This document shows, piece after piece, positions 55,601 to 64,000 of a DNA stretch of 64,000 nt. A program made the position numbers and the translations under genes. Origin of the DNA: Auanema rhodensis (lineage: Eukaryota; Animalia; Nematoda); contig OZ059898.1 of NCBI GenBank assembly GCA_964057225.1, positions 7,626,001 to 7,690,000 on the forward strand, given 5' to 3'. The notes beneath the pieces were generated by a model. That model ran no database searches, had not been told where the DNA came from, and saw only the letters and a program-made list of their open reading frames with translations. Positions within the stretch are counted from its first letter, which is position 1, and every line of letters begins with the position of its first letter.

Positions 55601-56614
55601 ATTTCGTCTTTTCCCACAAAATGCCCGTTTTCACTCTATTAGGCTTAAAACATTGCCATTTTCAACTTTGCTCAACGAACTTGCAATGTGCTTTCTTTTC
55701 CCACGTCCTTACTCCCTAGACTTAAGCAGCCTAACTGTGAGCTTTTATGCGCTCTGTCTGTTCGTGTCTATTTCCATAAATGGAAGAGCCACATGCGACA
55801 TCTCCAGGAAATTCGATACACGGTTTTCAGTTCCCATTTTTGCACAGAGATGGTCTAAGTAGAGCATTATTTAAGAACGGGAAGAAATCATTGAAGAACC
55901 TTTAAATTCATTTCTCATTCAAAAGTAGAAACATATTTGTTAATACCTGCTACCAAACTATTTGAAATATTGTACTCAAAATATCAATTAATCCATTTCA
56001 TTTTTCAATCAAAAGCCGCTTAATTATATTATACGACATAGTAAGAATGCTATTCAATAGAGATATGTTATTATGTTTTAACGCAGCATATGTATTAATA
56101 TAATATTAATAAAATGTTATATCATGTTAAAAACTTACAAAAATAAAGTTGGTGCAAAGTAAAAAGCCCATACGCAACCGAATACACAGTCTCCACAAGC
56201 CTGAAAGAAGGAGGTTTCAGTTAATTCAATTGAAGGATTCAAAGTTTAGAAAAGAGAAAGAAGTAAATATTAAAGTTTACTTGAAGTTGTAATAGACGAC
56301 CAAAGGAATTTCGTAGTATTGGTAGGCGGTGAATATAAACTCCGATGAAACCGTTAACAAGTACTCCCACAAAAGCCGTCTATATCATATAATTTTATTT
56401 AATAGATTATGTACTCAAGTTCAGATATGCTATTTTATGTTTTCATTACAATATGCGAGATAAGATATCGACAAAATTGGTTAAAAAAATTGAATTTAAC
56501 AGTTTCTAGAGAGTATATGTGCTGATAACTTACGATAAATATTACAATGGCAGCCCATCGATCTACAGTATCTACTGTTGGGTGAGGCGGCACTGGATGC
56601 TGAGTACTTGACAT
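52646..56614 (-). CDS. Serpentine chemoreceptor GPCR, Srx class; possible alternative stop at 53133
   Basis: TAFVGVLVNGF...LPILRNSFGRLLQLQACGDCVF..FYFAP, LINRFISLYFPTHYSAIF, ERTFIQQVTLQG, LVTLAFNRQFRR. The LxNSFG motif and a seven-TM layout are typical of Srx. Confidence 0.85.
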
Positions 56615-57081
56615 CAGAAGCTCTCGAATTGAGCTGGTGACGTTATTAAGAAGCAAATTATTGTCGATTTTAATGTTTTACTATGCGCCTATGTTAATTG
56701 GCCACGGATTTTCCTGTTATTATTGTTAAAAAATTTTGTAAAAGAATAATAATTAAACAGAGATGACAATTAGACGAATATCTGAAATAATAGAGTTAGA
56801 GAATTTTTGATTATGCAGATAGAACTGTAGCATACAATTATGATTTATAGAGGAAGAATACAGAAATCAATATATACATAATTATGAATCTTAAGAAAAT
56901 ACAAAGATACTTGGACAACATGATAGTGTGTATTTGATCCTAAAAGACAGGAAAGACAAACCAGTAAGTGAAAAGGAAAGACGGAAGTCTAGGGCGGAGT
57001 CAAGATCCGGAGAAGCCAGAGTCGATCTGCTTGTGGTCAGGCTCAGGCACATGGCAAACCTAAGCTAAGCTGGCAGCAGTA

Positions 57082-57091
57082 GTGACGTCAC
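57082..57091. promoter_or_regulatory. Perfect CRE palindrome GTGACGTCAC upstream of the Srx gene
   Basis: Ten-bp palindrome containing TGACGTCA in a GC-richer patch about 470 bp upstream of the Srx ATG. Confidence 0.35.
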
Positions 57092-59108
57092 CTTATGATT
57101 AAAAATCGAAGAGAAATCTAAGATCTAGACAAAGACTAGTGAAACATAAAGTGTTTTCGATATGTTGTGCTGCTTATGTTGGTACGTTCGAATAAAAATA
57201 ATTAAAGAATCCCAGCTCTGAATCTATCCTTTAAAGCTCGTTTTTGGTTGGGAGCTTTTCAAGAGCATTCCCATAGGTTTCATCCATGCAGCGCTGTGAG
57301 CTGATTCTGAACCGGAAATAGTTGAGGACCCGGAAATCTATCCCTTTGAAGTACCATAAAGAAGTGTGAAGCTATAGCAGCAATTGAAAACAATAGATGT
57401 AATATAGGTGAAGAAGAAAATTAATTAATTAGCAGGACATCAAATGCTCTTTATGCGCTCATAAGGGTTAAAAGTTTACGTCATTTAAAATAAATTTGAG
57501 TTATAGTGTATTCAGTAAAAGATTTGACTTCTAACAAGAAAAAGAAAGATAATGAAAGTTATATATAAGATTCATATAAATTTTTTAAAATAAGGAACAT
57601 AAGATAAATAAACATAAAAACCTTTTTTTTTCAAATTTGTTTCAAGTTTTGAATAATGACCAAATTTTGAAATAGGATATAAAAGATACATACGACAGAT
57701 GACGGAATTTCGAACAAGTCATTTGGGAACCATGTACATAGTTTCTTTTAAAAATATTATAAAATTCTATGTATGTATAAAACTTGAAATTTCATACATT
57801 CCGATGGAATATTTTAATTTAATTCAAAAAATATACGCAATTTATTGTTTGCTTTATCACATTCAATCAGTTTAGTTGAATTACTGTCATTGCAATTCTT
57901 TGCTGGATGCACATTTGACTGACGATATGATTTTTCCACCAGCAAATGTTTGCGCAACATTAGAAATTAAAATTAGTTGCAACATGCTGTTGACGAGGCT
58001 AATTCAAAAAACTTGCTGAAGTTTTGTTGATTTTTAATAATAATCAGAACAAAATATGTTAAAACGATATAAAATTCTTTTTGTTTTTTTATATATTAAA
58101 GGAATTCAAAAGAAATAAAATGATTTAAATGTAAAATAATAAACATGCGAAACATATACTTGTGAGAAAAGCTATTTAAGGTATGTATGTGAATAGATGA
58201 AATTATCAATATATATTTCTATATAAAAAAAATAAAGAAGAAATCGAAGGAAAGACCTTAATATCTAGAAATATATTCGGTTTGATTATAATTGAGTATT
58301 TTCAGCCATTTTGAAATCCAAAACTCTAGAAAAAAAGTGAAAAAAAACAAAACAAAAAAATAAGAGTATAGAAAAAAAGTTGAAGAAAACAGGTAGTTAA
58401 GTTCGATTAATCTTAGCTATTAAAATTTTAAAGAATCTTAAACATGGATTATAAGCATATGAAGTGCAAAATGATGAAAACTTTCTGAAAATTATTCCTT
58501 TGGAAAAGATAGACCAAACATTGCTTTAGACTTTTCATTTGACAAGAAGACAAGTGAAAAGAGAAGGCGGAGAGAGGAATTGACAATAGACTTGGCTTTC
58601 GTCTTGTCTTTCAATATGATCACATCGTTCTTTAACGTAATATGAAAATGAGTATAACATACATCAAACCTCATATTAGTAAATTTGATAAAATTATTTT
58701 TGTTTCTTTGTAAAATAAAAGACTAACTAGTTTAATAAAGCGTATATATTATATTTGATTATTATATAAAATATTTTATAGTAAATATAACGATAATCGA
58801 AAAATGAATACTTAGAATGTTTTAGAATAAAGTTCAAGAATAAAGTTATAGAGATCTAGTTCAAACCTATATGAATCAACTTTTGGTACAAAGCTCAAAT
58901 GTAAATGATCCATTTGATCAAGAACAAAAACTTAATTTGTCTAGAAAAAATTGAGAAGAAGTAATATATTGAAAAGATGAAAGCTTATAGCTAATTAAAC
59001 TTTCACTACCTTTGTATTCACTCTCTTTTCTATGTTTCTTCTTCAAAATTATTGATATAATATATTACCTTTCTTTAAACGAAATTATTGACAAATATAA
59101 CTTCTATT

Positions 59109-59110
<2 letters not shown>

Positions 59111-59168
<58 letters not shown>
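59111..59168. repeat. (AG)n microsatellite, about 29 units
   Basis: Uninterrupted AG dinucleotide run. Confidence 0.97.
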
Positions 59169-59174
<6 letters not shown>

Positions 59175-59559
59175 TTCTGTTTTTTGCATTATCTGTAACC
59201 AAGCAATAAAGATTATTTTTAGAGAATTATTCAGAATACAATGAGGGAATTATGTATATGCTTGTATGACGGATGAAGAGCGAGATTTTAGAGAAAGACT
59301 GAAAACAATTTCAAGACCATTCTATAAATTAATCGTTGATCCAACTATGAGTGAACAATAAAAAAAAGATAAATTATAGTAAATAAAAGCATTTCTGAAT
59401 ATATTTTAAGAAATTAATTTATACCAAATGAAAAAACATATATTTTAAGAATATTTTAAGTGTTTTTATCTATTTAAGATAATTTATTAGAAAAAAATTA
59501 TATAGAATAAGGTATACAATCTTCATAAAACAATAATTCATTCATTAAATATATTTATT

Positions 59560-59575
59560 CCCCCCCCCCCCCCCC
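59560..59575. repeat. Poly-C/poly-G homopolymer, about 16 nt
   Basis: Uninterrupted C run in an otherwise very AT-rich region. Confidence 0.9.
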
Positions 59576-61457
59576 ACTAATTCTTACGTTTTCATTCTCT
59601 TTTGAACTAACAAATATGAAAATTAGTTCATGGAAAGTACATGAACTTGAAGATGTCACATGCATTAGCTTCTTCTATATAATCTATGATATGATTGATT
59701 TGGGTAACTTATATAAGGTATTTAGAAGCAAATAATTTTTGCAAACTGATCAATGAGTTAGCCTAACTGACCATCGACTAAAATGAGTTTAAAAGCTGAG
59801 AAAAGGAAAAATGAAGAATGAGGCCAGAAGTCGAAATAAGGTTTTAATATAAAGCTTGAGATCGAAAGAAATGCAAATATTGCCAACATGGTAGGATAAA
59901 AATGAAGACATCCTGACCTTTTATTTAACTTTTTCAACAAAATATTTAAAATTATTTTTTTAAAACTATAATTTACAGAATACTAAACTTTCTGATATTA
60001 TTTGATTGATGCTTATACGTTCATGAGTCTCAGTCAAATAATGTATGTTAGCATAAACTAATTAATTCAAATAGGAAGTACAGTTTTTATTTTAAAAATT
60101 TCATGTAAATATTCATTGAAAATTGAGTTTTATAATTATAGCTTTATATTAAAAACAGAATCTACTTTTACTTCCATGTTTTAAGTAAGAAAAGATCTGA
60201 CTCACAATTAAGAATAAGATCATCATTCAAAATCCATTTTATAAACTCAAATACATAGATGTGCATATCTAAATTCATTAGTATAATTGTATTTTCTTAA
60301 TTTTCTAACTATTTGTTATTTATTTTATTATATTATATGTTAAACTAAAAGAACTAAAATGTGAAATGTAAAGTAGGACAGTTTTATATATATTTAGCTA
60401 AAATAATGAAGAGTCTAATTTGAAAAAAACTCATCATCATCATCGTAAGGAGTATAATTTTCTTTTTATTAAATATTCATTGGAGACGGATAATTATGCG
60501 TCTACTTAGTAGTACTAGCTTATAGGATTGAACAAAGACGAACAACGTGGTGAAGAAAAATAGTCTGGAATAAACGCAACCGAATCATAACATTTTGTAA
60601 ATCTAAATAAAGATTATAACTATTAGCATAATTAATTCAAATAATTGTCTAGTTTTGAATATGTAACTAAAAAAGTTTTTGTAGAAAAAAAACGAAAATA
60701 ATGAAAACGTACTAAGAATTAAATGAGCATTATATTTAATTGAGCATGCAATGTATCAAAGATGAAGTTTAAAATTAACTTTAAGTCTAGACAGTGCCTT
60801 AATAGAAACTGAAAAATACGAGGAAATATTGGTATATCATCAGCCATTTTAAATTTATGGATAAACTTTATTTAGATATTACGTCATAAAGTTCTGTAAC
60901 TGAACTAGATGAAATTCTGATAGAAATGTATCAACTTCATCTGTCATTTATTTCTGTTTAGGTTGATATTTAAACTCGGAACTAATACTCAGAAGAGTAT
61001 ATATACTATACAATTTAATTAGTTATATACTCTGTTTTTCTCAATGATATATTATTTTTAATCTTATGATATGTTGAAAATTTAACAAAAAAATTTATTT
61101 CATTTAACATATTATTAAAAAGATCCCGTGTTTTGCCCACAACCATTAACACAACACAATTTGGAAAGAATCACAGATGGAGAGATTATAAATATTTTGA
61201 GTAGAAATGTTGTAAGACAGGGTAATATATAAAATATATAATATTTAACAAAGTGACTATATACATATCTTTCTTACTTATTAAGAGGAAATAATTAATT
61301 CTACAACCCTATGTTAGTATATCTAGTAAAATATTTTTTTAGTTAAGAGTATTTTAAAGAGATCTTATAATGGTATAAACAACCATATCCCGCTAATAAA
61401 TTAGAGTAAGTTATATAAGATTAAGTGGGAAAATAAGATAATTCAACAGAGCGAATT

Positions 61458-62676
61458 TTACAAAAGCTTGATCTCTCGACCTGTACATCCACGACAACAG
61501 CTTATAGTTAAATTACTAAAATTTGGTCCAGAACGAATCAGGCGTGGATCACAAGGTGAACGTAAGTAGAGTTTTTGAAGATCAAACTTCGCGAATTCCA
61601 AAACTTGAGGAGGGGGAGATCGAACAATGGCAGATGCAGTTGATGTTTGTTGGCTGAAAAAAGAATTGCATGAAAACTAAGAACAATTAATCAGTTCTTA
61701 TTAAGTAATAATTTTTCTAGAGTTGCTTGTTAATAAATAAATATAGAAATTCAGATTATTTACCCCCATGTTTCAATATAATCTTGTGCTCTTCGTAGTA
61801 AATTCAATAGATATTCAACCCGAGAAGTTAGTTCATCTGCTCTTATAGACTGAGCTTGAAATTTACATTTCCAGACATCTCTTTCAATTTTTAATCCTTC
61901 CACTTCTTCATTTCCAACAGCAACCTTGAAAATTTGAGATTCAAAAGAATTTTCAGGAATTCAAAACCTTTTCACAATATTCCTCTAGACGTCTGCCTAA
62001 ATGTATCTTATCTCCAGCTAAAGCTTCTACTTGAGTCTATAAGTTCAGAACTGCATTATTTATGATTTCAGCACAAATACCTGCAAATCATCTCCAAGAG
62101 AAGATAGAAACATATTTTTCATTTCTGCATTCAGTTTCCGTTCTAAATCCAGTTGTCTTTTCATCTCCTCCAAGTCTTTTTCAAGAGACAAAACCTAATT
62201 GGATGATTTTAGAAAATTTCGAGATGAGGTTCTTCATTACTTGTTCATCAGTTGGCAATTCTAGCTTTGGTCTATTTTCTCTCAATTTTCTTTGATCTAC
62301 TAGCAAACATTGTTTCTCATCTTCAGGCTCTGTTTTTTCTTCCGCGTTGGACGAACGATAAGGAATAAGAGTCGGTAGATCAAGAGGAGCTTCACCTTTT
62401 CTGAAACTATTTTTTCAACAAGAATTGAATAAAAATCAATAAATAAGGTTTAGAACTGCATTTGCACTGTTTATCATATTAATAGTTATAATCGATATCT
62501 GACCTGTCAGGGGCAGGAGCAGCCTTGTAAGGTTCCCACGGAACAAATTTGGGTTTTTTTGGTTTTAGACGTGTTTGCTCATTTTCTTCCTCAATAACAT
62601 CAATTTCCTTTTTATAGAGTCCTTCATCAATGGCTAAACCATATTCATGTGCATGGTACAGGTCAATTAAATCCAT
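61458..62676 (-). CDS. BLZF1: Golgin-45 / BLZF1 homologue, multi-exon
   Basis: PKFVPWEPYKAA, coiled coil, MFLSSLGDDLQ..EALAGDK, IERDVWKCKF, and C-terminal NLTISCCRGCTGREIKLL*, matching the Golgin-45 CCxxC and PDZ-ligand tail. Confidence 0.85.
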
Positions 62677-63884
62677 AAACAGGATAAAAAGGTTCTAAAT
62701 ATAATAATGAGCTCATCTTTCAGCCGAGAAAAAGATATAAAAATTTTTAATTTTTTACAAGATATGGATTATGATAATTTTTTCATTGCAACAATTTTTT
62801 CTTTCGGAAAGTTCGATAAGAACATTGAGAATGTAAACAAACTCTAAGCAATATGTATATGATATAAAGAAAATGATACTGTTCAATTTCAGCTGATGAG
62901 TAAAGATAAGTAAAAGAAATAGTAAACATTTTTGAAATTTAATATAATTTTACATTACACAGCAGAATGTAATCGCTAAACTTAAGCATACAAAGATACA
63001 AAAGTAGCGATAAGAATCTTTGGTTTACCTCGTTTGCGTGCGGAACGCGAGCGTTTCCTTAGCGATAGGTCAGGCTATCTCCAGAGATCTCTCGAAGCCC
63101 GTTACACATAAGGAAGAAATTTAAGAGTCGAACAGTTTTTTTTTCAAATTCTGAGGTTTATATTCCAAACATTCTGAAATATACAACTTTAACTAATGCT
63201 GTGTTTTATCATCTAAAAGTACTTTCAAGTTAGAAACTGATTTACAGATATTTAATGTATCCAAAGCAATAAATGTACATTACATACAGTAATAATATCA
63301 GAGCCATCTTTCAGAGACACTGAAAAGCAATACAGTTGATAATGAAATATTTTTGTGATAACAGTGAATCCAAATTAGGAAAAAAGTTTAACGATGACCA
63401 TGTGTTGGTAACGTCTTCTGTGACAACCAGACATCAGTGGCATAAACCATCTGTTGATCTGGCACTACGTCTTCCCTTGACCACACATACACTTTCCCAC
63501 GTCCGAGATGTTACCAGAATAATTGTCAGACAGATTTCTTTTGAAATCAGGTCTTCCAATGAAACATTTACAGCTTAAGATTCCAACAGCTACCGTGATA
63601 AGGTCATCCAAGAGAGGCGGGACTTTCTTCGTCAATGTGGGCGGAGTTACGAGCTGAGCTTCGAACTTCAGATCTCTGTCACTTGTAATGTTTCGATCGT
63701 CTTCAAAATACGGTAGCGTTCTGGAACTATTTATCTAGATTCTCAAATATATTCAAATCAAGTTTTTAATCAGTTATATCTTTAGTTCAATTCATTTTCG
63801 ATTAGGAAGTGCTTGAAATTATTATCGAATAATTCAATTCTATATCCTAGATCATGAATTCTTATTATATGAAATTATTTTCAG

Positions 63885-63989
63885 ATGGCTCCACCTAAGA
63901 AAAGAACATCAAGAAAATCTAATAAAAATGAAGAAGAATGTCTAATGCAACGTGTATGTGCTAATAAAAGAGAACGCCAAAGAACAAAG
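63885..63989 (+). CDS. hlh-8: First exon of Twist-family bHLH transcription factor (partial)
   Basis: TTTTCAG directly before the ATG, then MAPPKKRTSRKSNKNEEECLMQRVCANKRERQRTK and a gtaatt donor. QRxxANxRERQRT is the Twist basic region. Confidence 0.8.
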
Positions 63990-64000
63990 GTAATTCTTAT

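Noticed and set aside
55000-56130. ORFs and a small hairpin (CATGCC...GGCATG) in the long Srx intron as a nested gene or miRNA
   Set aside because: The stems are too short for a pre-miRNA and the ORFs have no recognisable motif.
57400-61400. Possible transposon remnant in the long AT-rich interval
   Set aside because: I saw no transposase fragment, long terminal inverted repeats or target-site duplication, only short AT palindromes such as the one at about 60994-61033.
63336-63578. 80-aa ORF upstream of hlh-8
   Set aside because: It has a non-ATG start and no motif, and hlh-8 has its own acceptor-adjacent ATG at 63885.

Overview
This is AT-rich eukaryotic DNA with many short (about 40-50 nt) GT-AG introns and trans-splice-type acceptors just before start codons. 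Gene content (Srx chemoreceptor, EB modules, hlh-8) points to a compact rhabditid nematode genome. I reconstructed 15 spliced protein-coding genes by hand: ROGDI (partial), CCDC47, GALT, METTL6, RRP5/PDCD11, a DUSP22/15-like phosphatase, a HIRIP3-like protein, a giant Fat-type cadherin (cdh-3-like), a secreted EB-module protein, PDE12, ALG6, ESCO/Eco1, an Srx GPCR, Golgin-45 and the first exon of Twist/hlh-8. I could not support any tRNA, rRNA, CRISPR array or transposon. The best lead is the phosphatase. It lacks the N-terminal Gly2 myristoylation site of its family and has two competing 5' splice sites. One of them builds a TGA across the exon junction directly after C-V-M-S, giving a splice-switchable CAAX prenylation box. 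Other leads are two intragenic tandem arrays in which exons and introns are amplified together (one with an A/B higher-order pattern), a palindromic two-way poly(A) signal between convergent genes 24 bp apart, a probable GC-AG intron, frequent AAG splice acceptors and likely operons. Homology calls come from motif recognition only; no database search was run.
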